Below are positions 33,034 to 45,425 of a stretch of DNA of 64,000 nucleotides, piece after piece. The stretch's first letter is position 1. Each line of letters begins with the position of its first letter. The translations under genes were made by a program, and so were the position numbers. The DNA lies in the NCBI RefSeq assembly GCF_009914755.1, contig NC_060928.1; one strand, given 5' to 3'. The stretch is from the human T2T-CHM13v2.0 reference genome, Homo sapiens. The notes below the pieces were generated by a model. That model worked only from the letters and a program-made list of their open reading frames with translations, ran no database searches and had not been told where the DNA came from.

Positions 33034-33253
33034 CAGGGTTTCTCAAACCTGACACTATTAACATTTTGGGCTAGATAATTGTTGTGAGAGGCTGCCCTGT
33101 GCATTGTAGTATGCTTAGCAGCATCCCTGTCTAGGTACCACTAAACACTAGTAGCACTCCAATCCCATCACTGACAAACAAAAATGTGTCCACATTGCCA
33201 CATCTCTTGGGGATGCGGTGGGAGAAGTGGTCCCTGGCTGAGAACCACCACTG
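33034..33253 (+). mobile_element. MER20 hAT-Charlie DNA transposon, inserted into a MIR (about 32880-33340)
   Basis: TIRs cagggtttctcaa / tgagaaccaccactg; internal gacactattaacattttgggctagataatt, gccctgtgcattgtag, aaaaatgtgtccacattgcca. Confidence 0.93.
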
Positions 33254-33619
33254 TTGTAGGAAGAGCTAAAGACAAAATTCAAAATCTCAACTGTGTGATT
33301 TCAAAGCACGTGTTCTTTTCTCTACAGTTTATTACCTCTCTCCAGAATAGGAATTCTGATGTGCTCTGGAGCCCTGGCTGGTATCCGATCTGATTTCTCA
33401 CAGAAGCTGCTGGTGGCTTTTACATTCTCTAGAAATTTTATGATCCATTTCTTAGCAGACTATTTCACCATATTTCACTGAAAACCGGACACTCATTTAA
33501 TATTTCCTCATCTTGCCTTTTTGTTCCCCACTCTTTTCATCCCCTCCAGAGTAAACTTGATATCTTCACTCAATTACTTCTCTCTCCAACTGTCTGAAGG
33601 AACAGAGTAATTTTCTGGA

Positions 33620-33770
33620 CAGGTGTGGTGGATAAAGCTAGGCTTTGGAATGCAAGATCTCTGGGTTTGAATCTAGACTTTTATACTTGCCAGCTTTGTG
33701 ACCTTTGATGAGTTACCTAACCATTCTAAGTCTACTGTTCTTTATACGTAAAATGGGGATTAAAAATAAC
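33620..33770 (+). mobile_element. MIR 5' part (3' part resumes at ~34171-34212 and ~34650-34700)
   Basis: ctgggtttgaatc...acttgccagctttgtgacctt...gttacctaaccattctaagtct...gtaaaatggggat. Confidence 0.85.
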
Positions 33771-33771
33771 A

Positions 33772-34169
33772 CCTTATTCGCTTGCTAGGGGGGTGCTGTA
33801 ACAAATACCACAGACTGGATGGCTAAAACAACAGAAATTAATTATCCCACACCACTAGAACTTCAAAGTAAGGTGTTGGCAGGTGTGGCTTCTCCTGAGG
33901 TCTCTCCATGGCTTGCAAAGGGCCATCTTCTTGCTGTGTCCTCACATGGGCTTTTCTCTGTGCCTGAGCATCCCTGGTGTCTCTCTGTATGTCTGAATTT
34001 CCTCTTATTACAAGGACATCAGTCAGAGTGGCTTAGGACCTTAAGGGCCTCATTTTAACTTAATTACCCCCTTAAGGGCTCTATCTTCAAATACAGTCAC
34101 ATTCTGAAGTACTGGAGGTTAGAGCTTCAACATGGACATTTTGGAGGGAACATGATTCAGTTCATACCA
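33772..34169 (-). mobile_element. MaLR solo LTR (MLT1A/B-like)
   Basis: gctgtaacaaataccacagactggatggctaaaacaacagaaatt...aaatacagtcacattctgaagtactggaggttag...gattcagttcatacca. Confidence 0.9.
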
Positions 34170-34212
34170 TGTATTTACTGTAATATTTTAGGAATAAGTT
34201 TATTAATAAATT

Positions 34213-34640
34213 TACTTTTTAACTTTTATTTTAAGTTCAGGGGTACATGTGCAGGATATGCAGGTTTGTTACCCAGATAAATGTGTCTCATGGGGCTTTG
34301 TTATACAGATGATTTCATCACCCAGGTGTTAAGCCTAGTATTCATTAGTTATTTTTCCCAATCCTCTCCCTCCTCTCGCCCTCTACCCTCCAATAGGCCC
34401 CAGTGTGTGTTGTTCCCCTCTATGTGTCCATGTGTTCTCATCATTTAGCTCCCACTTATAAGTGAGAATATGTGAATCAAAATCAAAATGAAATACCATC
34501 TCACACCAGTCAGAATGGCTATTATTAAAAAGTCAAAAAATAACAGATGCAGGGGTGGTTGTGGAGAAAAAGGAATGCTTTTACACTGTTGGGAGTGTAA
34601 ATTAGCTCAACCGTTGTGGAAGACAGTGTGGCAATTCCTC
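34213..34640. mobile_element. Short 5'-inverted L1 (L1PA8-10-like): 3'UTR on - strand (34213-34474) joined to an ORF2 piece on + strand (34475-34640)
   Basis: ttttattttaagttcaggggtacatgtgcagg...aagtgagaatatgt, immediately followed by + strand [37 protein letters not shown]. Confidence 0.9.
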
Positions 34641-34720
34641 ATTAATTTATTTGAAGGTACATCACAGAATGATGGCATGAAGGAGACCATCTATCTGAAT
34701 TAAAACATCTGAACCTCATT

Positions 34721-34986
34721 GAAAAATAATTTCAAATTTTATTTTAGTTTCGGGGGTACATGTGCAGGTTTGTTACATGGGTATATTGCGTGATGCCGAG
34801 GTTCATGATTTGGTTGTTCCCATGTCCCAGGTAGTGAGCATAGTACCCAATAAGCTAGTTTCTCAAACCTTGTCCCCCTCCCTCTATTCCTCCACTAGTA
34901 GTCCCCAGTGTCTGTTGTCGCCATCTTCATGTTCATGAGTATCCAATGTTTAGCTTCCACTTATACGTGAGAACATACTGTATTTG
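34721..34986 (-). mobile_element. 5'-truncated L1 3'UTR (L1PA13-16-like) with 12-bp TSD ctgaacctcatt
   Basis: gggggtacatgtgcaggtttgttacatgggtatattg...gtgagaacata; TSD at 34709-34720 and 34987-34998. Confidence 0.92.
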
Positions 34987-35149
34987 CTGAACCTCATTTC
35001 TTTCCTCAGGGTATACCTTGACTCTTCCATTTCCTTCTTTTCCAGAAGCCTTCTTCACTTATACAATTTATCTTTTATTGTCTCTCTCAAAACAATATAA
35101 TTCAGAGCAGAATTAGGTATAGCATAAAAAGAGAACAAATCAATTACAA

Positions 35150-35505
35150 TTGTATATCTTTTGAAAGATGTACATACGATATGATATACTAAAATCTTTT
35201 ATTTTCCACCATATATAGGTATTTTTAACTTACCTATATATGTAGTGAAATATATAAATACCTATATATAGTCAAATATAGGTAATTTTTAAACATACCT
35301 ATATAATATATGGTCAAAACCAGAACACTTTAATTTTGACCATATATATAGATATGTTTAAACATACCTATATATGGAATCAAATATATAAATACCTGTA
35401 TATATATGGTCAAATATAGGTATATCCTTTTAGATAATTTATAAATGTACTTTATGATATACTAAAATCTTTAGTTTTCACCATATACATAGGTATTTTT
35501 ACCTT
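35150..35505. repeat. AT-rich complex repeat made of direct and inverted copies of a local ~20-75 bp motif
   Basis: atgatatactaaaatcttt..ccatata..taggtattttta occurs twice ~273 bp apart; internal hairpin at 35288-35362. Confidence 0.8.
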
Positions 35506-35509
35506 GCTC

Positions 35510-37330
35510 CAACCTTGTATATACATAATTTTGTATCCTGATCTCTTCAGTTAATATTACACCTGTGCAACATAGACACAGTATTATGTAGCATTCTTTT
35601 TATGTTAAAAATAACTAAATTAACAGTCTCATCATTTATTTAACTATTCACATACTTTCCAATATTTGGATTGCTTTGTTGTTCTGGGGCTGTTATCAAC
35701 AATACTGTCATGTACATTTTCAGCATATAACTTTTATTTCTTTTGGCTTGTTTCTCAGAATAAATTTCCACACTAAATCAAAGAGAATGCACATTCTTGT
35801 GGTGCTTTTAGATTAGAAAGCTGTTTTTCAAAAAGGTAGCACTAGTTTGTACCAACACTAGCAGTGAACTTGTGTGAAACTTTGACCATGAGATTATTGA
35901 GGATTTGATCTCCCTTTGCTCTACTGTGCACAGTCATCAATTTTCCAGGTGTTGTTGACTTAATAGGTGAAGTGACATCATTATTTATTTAGGGGCCTAT
36001 TTTCCTTTTGATGAAGTCATACTACTTTTGTGTATCTTTATTGATTAGATTTTTGTACTGTTCTCTATTTTCTGATCTCTAACCTTTTTATCATATTAGC
36101 CTACAGATGGAAACCAAGTCTTACTTTCCTCAAATGAAACTTCTCTTGATTTTTCTTTTTAAATGTTAACATGATTTCTTTCCTTTTAATAATGTCTTAA
36201 ATTTTAAGAACATTTTTTGGTAACAAAACAATAATATTTTGAAAGTAGTAATAGTCAAAAGCTTAGAAAATATAAGAACACTTGGAAATAAAAAATTCTT
36301 AGTCTGAGCATGGTGGCTCATGCTTGTAATCCCAGCACCTTGGAAGGCCGATGCAGAAGGATCACTTGTGTCCAAGTGTTGGAGACCAGCCTGGGCAACA
36401 TAGGAAGACCCCAGCTCTAAAAATAATTAAAAAAAATTAGTCAGGTGTGGTGGTGTGCACCATGGTCCGAGCTACTTGAGAGGTTGAGGTCGGAGGATTT
36501 CCTGAGCCTGAGAGGTTGAGGCTGCAGTGAACCATGAACCATGATCCAGCCACTATACTCCAGCCTGGGTGACAGAGCAAAGCCCTGTCTCAAAAAAAAA
36601 AAAAAAAAAAAAATTATGATTTAACCACCTTAAGATGACTCACTTAAAAATACATTATCATAAAGTTTTCTTGCATAAATATATTTAAAATTAGGATGAT
36701 ATCGATGGTGGTTTAGTATCCTAATTTTTTCACTCAACATTATGTCATTAGTATTTTCTGATATCCTTTGACTTTAAGAACATTAATTTAAATGGTCAAA
36801 CTATATACCATAAAAGAACTATACTGTTTTGCATTTAACTATTGGTCTACTAAACACTTAGGTTAGAATCATTTTGTTCCTGCCATTATAATTAATTACA
36901 TTGAGCAACCTTGTACACAAATCTATCTACTCATGTATTCAGGATATATTTGTAGAAGCTACTGATTCCATAGATATAAACTTTCTAAAGACTCAATTCA
37001 CATTGCCAAATTGCATCTCAGTCAGGTTGTGCCAATTTTTCCTTCCTTATAACGGGTGAGTGCCTGCCTAATGCATCCTTGCCAATACTAGGATAATCTT
37101 TGAAAAATCTTTGCTACTTTAATACTTGAAAAATATTAACTCATTACATTTGCATTTGTTTAGGGAGTCTGATCATTTTTGCATATGTCCACATTTGTTG
37201 TTTTACTTATGTGAGTTATTTAGTAATGTCCCTATCCTATTTTTAAGATATGAGTGATTTTTAATTAATTTATAAACATACTTTATGATTAAAGATATTA
37301 TTCTGTTGTCAGCATATTACTTATAAATAG
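35510..37330 (-). mobile_element. Ancient L1ME-like 3' fragments, interrupted by an AluJ
   Basis: tcatttatttaactattc, taaatcaaagagaatgcaca, aaaacaataatattttgaaa..tagaaaatataaga, ttgccaaattgc..ggttgtgccaattt, catccttgccaatact. Confidence 0.6.
36301..36612 (+). mobile_element. Alu (AluJ-like)
   Basis: ggatcacttg..ccaag..gagaccagcctgggcaacatag, gaggttgaggctgcagtga, ccctgtctc and poly-A; small gaaccat duplication. Confidence 0.95.
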
Positions 37331-38119
37331 TGCCCGTGACACTATCGGTTTGCTTTAAAATGATTATTGTAGCTACTTTGTGGAAAAGAGGTTATAGGGT
37401 AATGAACAAGATGGGGCAGATCAATAAGAGGCTATAGCTGTCACATTTGGAAGATACAATACTATTAATTTTTGAAAATGTATTTGTATTTAACTACTTT
37501 ATTTAAATTATCTTTGTTATAATTCTAGAAGTCTTTCAGTTGGCTTATTAGGATTTATAGATATATAATGATTATTTTTAATTGATAATATTTTTTATCA
37601 TGTACGATATTCATACCTATTGTAAGAGGTATTTCATTTCCTTAACTTTAATGATAATGTCATGGTTGAGCCATGATTAAATATGGTAATGCACACTGTT
37701 TATCATCCTGTGTTTTTAACACGCTTTTATCAGTAGTTTATATTCAATTGCATCAATGCCATATTGGCATCTATATGATAATCACATAGTGCTTCTCTTT
37801 CGATTATTATGTAGTCTTATCTCTTCTCATGGTTACAACTCTCAGTCCTGTGACATTAACCCCATCTTAGAAATCTAGCTGGAGAGAGTCTGTGGCAGGT
37901 GACACTATTATCTAAAATAAGGAGCTCCAGAGGTGGGAAATTAAATGATTTGTTATAGTCACACAGGATTATCCAATTCTAAGACTTTCACATCTTTGGA
38001 AGTGCAGGTTTAAATATAACACCCTCTTCGGCTCATTTGCTAGTTTTTATTTGGTGTAAAACCTCAGGTCTGCATGCAGAAAGAGCCAGAAAGAATAAAG
38101 AGGAAAGAAGGACCAGGGA

Positions 38120-38790
38120 GGCAATATGATTGCCATCAAATGTGCAAAGATTTGGGGAGCCCTTTATTGCATGGTTCGAATCCCACCTTGGCTGTTACTA
38201 GCTGTGTAGCTCTGGGCAGGATACCAGATTCTCTGGGATAAGAATCTTAGCTTTGAAGGAGGACTGTGAGGATTGGATGATAAAATTTAAGTAAAGGATT
38301 TAACACGGCGGTTGGCAAAGAGTAATTCTTACAGAGATTTCCTAGTGAGCCTAGCATTGCACTAAGAACTGTTTTGTGCTAAAATGTTAACTCATTCAAT
38401 TCTCCCAACAACCCTATGAGATAGGTATTATCATTATCATTTCTGTTTTGCAAAGAGGGTAAATGAGACACTGAAAGTGTAAGTAATTAACCTGCGTTCC
38501 CACTGAAAGTAAGTGGTACTGCTGGGAGGTGATATTGGGTAGTGTGGCTCCAAAGAGCCTGCTCTTGACCACTGCTGAGACACGACATCTTACTGTAGAT
38601 AGTGTGCATCTTTCTCTACTCACTAAGACTTCAAGTTCTTAGAAATCACAAAGTACAGCTACTCCATTTAACAACTGAGGAAATTGAGGCCCAAAGAGGT
38701 AAACGACTCTCCCAAATCACAAAGCAAATGAATCCCAGAACTAGGATGAGAATTCTGGTCTCCTCACTCCATTTTCTACTTCTGCAAGTA
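38120..38790. mobile_element. Cluster of three MIR fragments (+, -, -)
   Basis: ggttcgaatccc..ttactagctgtgt (+); caacaaccctatgagataggtattatcatt..aaatgagacactga (-); aactgaggaaattgaggcccaaagaggtaaacgact (-). Confidence 0.8.
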
Positions 38791-38971
38791 GAAGGCGCTT
38801 CCAGTACCACTGGTTTGGAACATTCTGGGCCTACCTTCAAGCTCTTATATAAGCTTCAAGCCTTGGAAAGTGAAAAGAGGCATTTATCTACATTGTGTAA
38901 TTATTTTCAACCAGTTTTTAAAAGCTTTTCCTTTAGGTCAGACATAATTACTTCAAGAATGTAAGTTATAA

Positions 38972-39407
<436 letters not shown>

Positions 39408-40069
39408 TTAAGAAAAATCTACATGTATAAGTCTTGCAGGTTTACTTAAGACTTAATTTACCTGGCCTAACTTGAATTTCTAGCTCAGTTTCAATAAGAG
39501 GAAACAGTGCCATGCTTCCAGTACCAAAATGGATTCATTTCTGAATAACATAGATAGAGCAATGCCTAAAATGCAAATCCCAGTTTTCTCATTACCAATG
39601 TGATGAAATGAGATTTGTTTCTATGGAGGAAACCTTCCCCAGTGGACTTTGCTAATAATATCTGATGAGGAATGAATTGAGGTATTGGGAGCTCAGATTC
39701 TAGAGATAAGTTATCTACCAGAAGTTCACTGTTAGACGTCTTCACCGTATTTCCTATCTTTGTTTTTTCTAAGGTTTCAACGTTGCATTCATGGAGCTCT
39801 GGCAGTTATTTTCTTGCCATTCTTTCAGCTGCTGCTGAACTGAACCTGACCAAATAACATCAATTATCAAGTTAGTGTGGTCATGCCACAAGAATTTCCT
39901 GCATGGCTCTGATCACATTTTGGAATGGATCTAAAATATACAATTTGAAAAGGACAACACAATATCTCACATTAATAGCACTTATTTTCTACTTCATTAC
40001 CTCCATAGACAGGGAACTCATCACATATTTACCACCATTATCATCACCCAACACTACAATTTACTCAGA

Positions 40070-40270
40070 ACTTACTGTGGGCTGAATGCTGTCTGTGTCT
40101 ACCCTTTTTAGTCCCTTCAAAACTTTATAAGGTAGGTATTATCTTCCAAATTTTATGGAAGGGGAAATGAAAGATCAAATAAGTAAGAAAAGAAAGAAAA
40201 ACTGACTCACAGTTTCACAAGAGTGAAGATAAAATTGAGCCAAATTCTTTATGGGTTCTGAGATTAACTC
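40070..40270 (-). mobile_element. MIR
   Basis: ccttcaaaactttataaggtaggtattatcttccaaattttatggaaggggaaatga. Confidence 0.65.
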
Positions 40271-40570
40271 CTTCCTGATAACTGAGAAGTCACAATTACA
40301 AGGCTGCATCATTTCCACCAAGGGGACAAAAAGGAAGAAGCTTTATTTCTTCCTGCATATCTCGACCCCTTGATTGCTGATTTAACCCTATTCTCTTTCA
40401 TTCTGTGTTGGGAACATGACTTCTCTGGGTCCTGAAAATTTTACAATTATAGTTAGTGAGTCAGATTACATTGCTAGTTGTCATTCTATTTTGGAGACAC
40501 CGACAGTGGAGTGCACTGGATAGGGACACAGACTGTGATGCCATGCTGCTTGAGTTCAAAGCTAAGTTCC

Positions 40571-41033
40571 TGTGATGGTTAATTTTATGTGATAACTTGA
40601 CTGGGCTAAGGAATGCCCAGATAGCTGGTAAAATATTATTTCTAAATGCGGCTGTGAGAGTGTTTCTGGGAAAGAACGGCACTTAAATTGGTAGACTGAG
40701 TGAAGACTGCTCTCACCAGTGTGGGTGCACATCATCCAATTTGTTGAGGACCAGCTTAGAACAGAAAGGCGCAAAAAAGGACAAATTCACTCTGTCTTCT
40801 TGGGCTGGGGTATCCTTCTCCTGCTTCCTTAGAGATTTAGTGCTCCTGGTTTTCAGACCTTGGGACATGGAGTGGGACTTACATCACTGGTCCTCCTGGT
40901 TCTCAAGCTTCTGCTGTTGGACTGAAACTACACCATCAGCTTTCCTGGCCTCCAGCTTGCAGACAGGACACTGCGTGGCTTCTCAGTCACCATAATGGTG
41001 TGAGCCAATCTCTCATAATGAACCTATTTATAT

Positions 41034-41101
<68 letters not shown>

Positions 41102-41187
41102 CTCTCTCTCTCTCTCTATATATATATGTATATCTGTATCTATATATCCTGTTGGTTCTGTTTCTCTGAACAACCCTTACTAATACA
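40571..41187 (+). mobile_element. ERVL solo LTR MLT2B-like, inserted into a MIR (about 40500-41360), 5-bp TSD gttcc/gtttc
   Basis: tgtgatggttaattttatgtg..acttgactgggctaagg..cccagatagctggtaaa...ggttctgtttctctg..aaccct.actaataca. MIR resumes with ctatgaccttgaacaaattacttaac. Confidence 0.95.
41038..41130. repeat. Compound (CT)n(AT)n microsatellite, two blocks, inside MLT2B
   Basis: Direct reading. Confidence 0.95.
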
Positions 41188-42039
41188 GTTTCCCCAACAA
41201 AATTAGCTCTATGACCTTGAACAAATTACTTAACTTCTCTATTCCTTCATCTGTAAAATGGGAAAGTTGTGAGGATTTAAAGAGTTAATAGGTATAAAAC
41301 ACTTAGAGCACTACCTGGCATTTGGTAAATGCCATATGAAAGGATTTACTATTATTGTCACTACACACCAGCCCAACCTGATTCCCAGCTTCCTTATTCC
41401 TGCTTCTTGGAGAACTGGAGCTGATGTGTGAGACAGGGTGCCTGTCCTGAGGTAGAGTGTGTTTCAGGAGCTCTTCTTTCACATTCTGGGGCTCAGTCTC
41501 CAGTCTTATCCAGATCCTGTCTCTCCTTCCCATCACTCAATCTATTTTCCACACTACTCTGGGCTTTTGTTGTGTCACCTGCTTCTGACCCAGGATGGCT
41601 CCTCAGAATCTCCACTGTGAGATCCCTGCTTTACTGGGGAACTCACTCTACCTGCCATCCTCCTCATCTGCCACTTTTCCCAGCTGCGTCCTATGCTCCC
41701 ATGTCTTGAAATAGATTTCCCTCCCTGAGCACTCCTTCCAGGAGTTTTTATCATTTCATTCCTTCCTTCTGGAAAGCTCTTTGTCTTATCCTCATGGCAA
41801 AATCTCAGATATCATCATGCCAGACCCAGTTAAATATGTTATAGCCATAGAAGTCTATCAGTTTTCCTTCTCTGGATCACCAAGACTCTATTTGTTCAAT
41901 TTCTTGTAATAGCCCATGTGACATTAGTGTGCTGCATTAGTTGTTTATGAGTGTCTTCACTGTCAGTAAAGATGATGTAGAGTATCACCCTGGCATGGTG
42001 TACCCATGGTGTACAGAGTGGTGTAGAGTACCACTCTGG

Positions 42040-42320
42040 CATGGTGGTGTAGTGGATTGGGACGTGACTCCGGCAGCCACATTTTTTTGATTTAAATTCT
42101 CATTTTTCAACTCCCTGTGTAACCAAGAGCAGATCGCAGTGTGCATTCCTCTTTGCCTTGACTTCCTCATGGGGAAATTGGAGGTAATAATAGTAATTTC
42201 CTCATAAAATTGTTGTAAGAATAAAATAAATGTATAAATGCTAAGAATATGGAAACATAACTTGGTATATCAAAAGCATTCAAGAACCATTGGTTGCTAG
42301 TAGTATATTGTTATTATTAA
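42040..42320 (+). mobile_element. MIR
   Basis: cctctttgccttgacttcctcatggggaaattggaggtaataatagtaatttcctcataaaattgttgtaagaataaa. Confidence 0.75.
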
Positions 42321-42444
42321 GTCCTCACTGCTTCTCATAGTAAATGACATGGCCCATGGATATACTCAATCACTATTTGGTAATTAGATGAATTTCCAAT
42401 TTTAGAAAATCTCAGCTCTATACAAATATCTATTGTATATCATA

Positions 42445-42590
42445 TCCTTTCTCTTTTTCTTTTCCTCCCTTCCTCCATTCCTCCCTCCCTCCCTCCCTTC
42501 CTTCCCTCCCTCCCTCCCTCCCTTCCCTCCCTCCCTCCCTCCTTCCTTCCCTCCCTCCCTCCCTTCCTTCCTCTCTCTCTCTTTCTTCCT
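42445..42590. repeat. (CCCT/CCTT)n polypyrimidine microsatellite
   Basis: ~145 bp with essentially only C/T on the + strand. Confidence 0.95.
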
Positions 42591-43407
42591 AAACTGTTTT
42601 CAATGTGCTCAGTATGACAGGGTCCTCTAAATCTGGAACCTTCTTTCTACCTTGCTTTACCCAATCCAGCAACTGGAGTCTGGCCCTCACACTTAGTCTC
42701 GGACCTGAGTTTCTATCAGCTGACAGTCCTAGCTCTTTGCAGAGGATCCTGAGCAGCCCCTGCCTGGGTTTCCTGTCCGGCTTTGCCCTCCTCCTTATCT
42801 TGGATGCCTATCTTTCAGGCCACTGCATATTTATTTTCTGGTCTGTGCCCCATTGTTACCCATCTGTTTGGGAACCTGTTATGTCCCTGGACAGATCTGT
42901 CTCTTAGCACCTGTAGGGGGCCCTGTCTCACTAACTCTTGCCACATCCCTTGTAGCTGAGTTAGTTCTAATTCCCAGCTCCACCCCATCTGCTCTGTCCT
43001 GCAGATTCATTGCACTATATTCAAATATATCTGCAACCAAAACATCAAAGCTGGGGAAGGGCCAGTTTGGCTTGTAATTTAGATATCATTGGCTTTTTTT
43101 TGCATTATTAGGAGATATAATGCTGAGTGAACCTATTTTCCTTTGAGGATGCCCTTGTGCTGAACTCAGCAATGAGTGAAAAGGGTAAAGCAGGGAGTAA
43201 TTCTTAAAGTATTTCACAGTGTAGTATGAGCACCTCTAAATTAGAGTAGGTGCTGCATGTAAACAGTCAGTTTGGCTGTTCCCAGGGGTTCCCGCTGGAG
43301 AAGAACTCAGTCCTAGAAGCTAATATTGCAGTGATCTTTTAGGCCCTTATTAGGGAGCAAAATGTCTTTTTTTCAGTCTCCTTTTCTGTATACATGTCTT
43401 TAACTGT

Positions 43408-43598
43408 TAATGTTGCCAGATTAAATACTGTACACATGGTAAAATTTGAATGTATTCAGACAATGAATGATCTTTTAGATTAAATATTCCTCAAAGATTA
43501 CATGGGACATACTTATAGTAACAGTAATACATTATTTATCTGAAATCTAATGTTAGCTGGACATCTTGTATTTTTGTTTGCTAAATATAGCAACTCAA
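43408..43598 (+). mobile_element. MER53 palindromic hAT MITE, full length, 8-bp TSD ttaactgt/tttactgt
   Basis: taatgttgccagattaaatac..aaatttgaat..catgggacatacttata..tttatctgaaat..tgtatttttgtttgctaaatatagcaactcaa follows the recalled MER53 consensus end to end. TSD at 43400-43407 and 43599-43606. Confidence 0.9.
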
Positions 43599-44404
43599 TT
43601 TACTGTTCCTCACCCCATTCTGGCCTAAACGTTGTGCCCAGCTTTATCCCCATGCAGTTGAAATTATCTATATTCCCATTTCAGTGACTGAGTGGCACAT
43701 AGTAAGTGCTGCAGAAATGTTTGTGGAATTGTCTTTTAATGAAGGAAATTGAAAGAAATCTCAAATTGAAAATCAAATACAGTGCAAGGAAGAGAAAAGA
43801 AAGAATTTCTGAGAACTTCATTTTCTTTAGACAATGTTCGTCTCATAATGGAGCAGATACCTGTGTGTATCTGTTGCTCCCCAGAGATGACCCATGTAGC
43901 TCTGATTTATTCTGTATTCTGAAAATCTAGAGAAATGGAAATGCACCATCACACACAACCTCTCAAAAGGCAAATGGCAGATGCTCTGCTGCTGTAATTC
44001 AAGGAAGCATATTTTTTTTTTCTGTTTCATGGGTCTTATGCCACTCCTTAATAAGCATTTTCAATAGGCACAGTCCAAGCTGGCACTTTCCCACAGTGTT
44101 CAAGTTTCTCTAGTGATGGAGAAACTTCTGAACCAGGCTATTGGCACATAGTGGGACGCAGTATCACTCAATAAATTGCAATGATCCACTTGGAATGCCC
44201 CCACAATGGCCGAAGGTTAAATCTTCATAGCCTTACCTGGAATGCCATGATATCTTGTTCTCTCATCCTTCCACACCTTTGTTTCTGTCATTGTTTCAGC
44301 CTGACATGTTTTTTTTTTCTTACTTTGCTCCTAGACAAGTTCTAAGTATCTTCATAAGTTACATTTTTTAAGTTTCCTGTGCTCGGTGAGGTCTTACATA
44401 GTCT

Positions 44405-45100
44405 CTTATTTATTTGACAAAATTGCATATATTTATGCTGTACAAATGATGTTTTGAAATATATATATATCATGGGATAACTAAATCAAGATTATTAATA
44501 TATTTATTAGCTCATACACTTATTTTTTGTGGTGATAACTCTTAAAATCTATTCTGTCAGCAATTTTCAAGTGTACAATACATTGTTATATTTACTATAG
44601 TTACCACATTGTACAATAGATCTCTTGAACATATCCCTCTTGTCTAACTGAAATTGTGTTATACTTTGACCAACATTTCCATACCCTCCCTCTCTCATCC
44701 CCTCCCATCATTCTACTCTCTGCTTCCATGAGTTCAGCTCTTTTAGATTTCTCATATACATGGATCATGTGGTATTTGTACTTCTTTGCTTGGCTTATTT
44801 TACTTAGTATAACGCCCTCCAGGCTCACCTCTGTTGTTGCAAATGACAAGATTTCCTTTTTAGTTAAGGTTAAATAGTACTCCAGTGTATATATGCCACA
44901 TGTTCTTAATCAACTCATTCATTGTTGGACACTTAGCTTGTTTCCATGTCTTGGCCATTGTGAATAACGCAATAAACATGGGAGTGCAGACGTATTTTTG
45001 ATATAATGGTTTCATTCATTTCCTTTAGATTTATATCCAGTAGTGGAATTTCTGAGTTATGTTGTAGACCTATTTTGATGAACTTCCATACTGTTTCTCA
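44405..45100 (-). mobile_element. L1MA9-like 3' end (5'-truncated)
   Basis: gacaaaattgcatatatttat..., cttaaaatctattctgtcagcaattttcaagtgtacaataca, aacatgggagtgcaga, ccagtagtggaatt. Confidence 0.88.
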
Positions 45101-45209
45101 GCTTCTTATCATGTTTTCATCATAGCATCTTTCCTCTGCATTTTCTTCTGCCCAGAAATGAAGGAGGGAAGATACCCTCTTTTGGGGTCCATATTAATTA
45201 GTGATCCAT

Positions 45210-45425
45210 ATGTGTTAGAAATTGTATTCAGCTATGAATAACAAAAACCCTCCAAAAATGACTCAAATCAATTAGTAGTTTTACTTTTCTACTATTTTAT
45301 TTTCTAGTTTTATTTTTCCATGTGTTGTCTGGAGGTTTACATTCTAGGGCTGGTATGGTGGCTCTGCCACAGAACAGGGTCTTTCTGTTTTTCTGGTGAG
45401 CTATCCTTAACATTGTATCCTGGTC
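45210..45425 (-). mobile_element. Old MLT1-like LTR fragment
   Basis: tgtgttagaaattgtattcagctatgaataacaaaaaccc...gtctggagg..ctagggctggtatggtggctct. Confidence 0.55.

Noticed and set aside
35150-35505. Possible CRISPR-like repeat-spacer array
   Set aside because: Repeats are irregular in length and orientation, spacers are not unique, the context is primate DNA and there are no cas genes.
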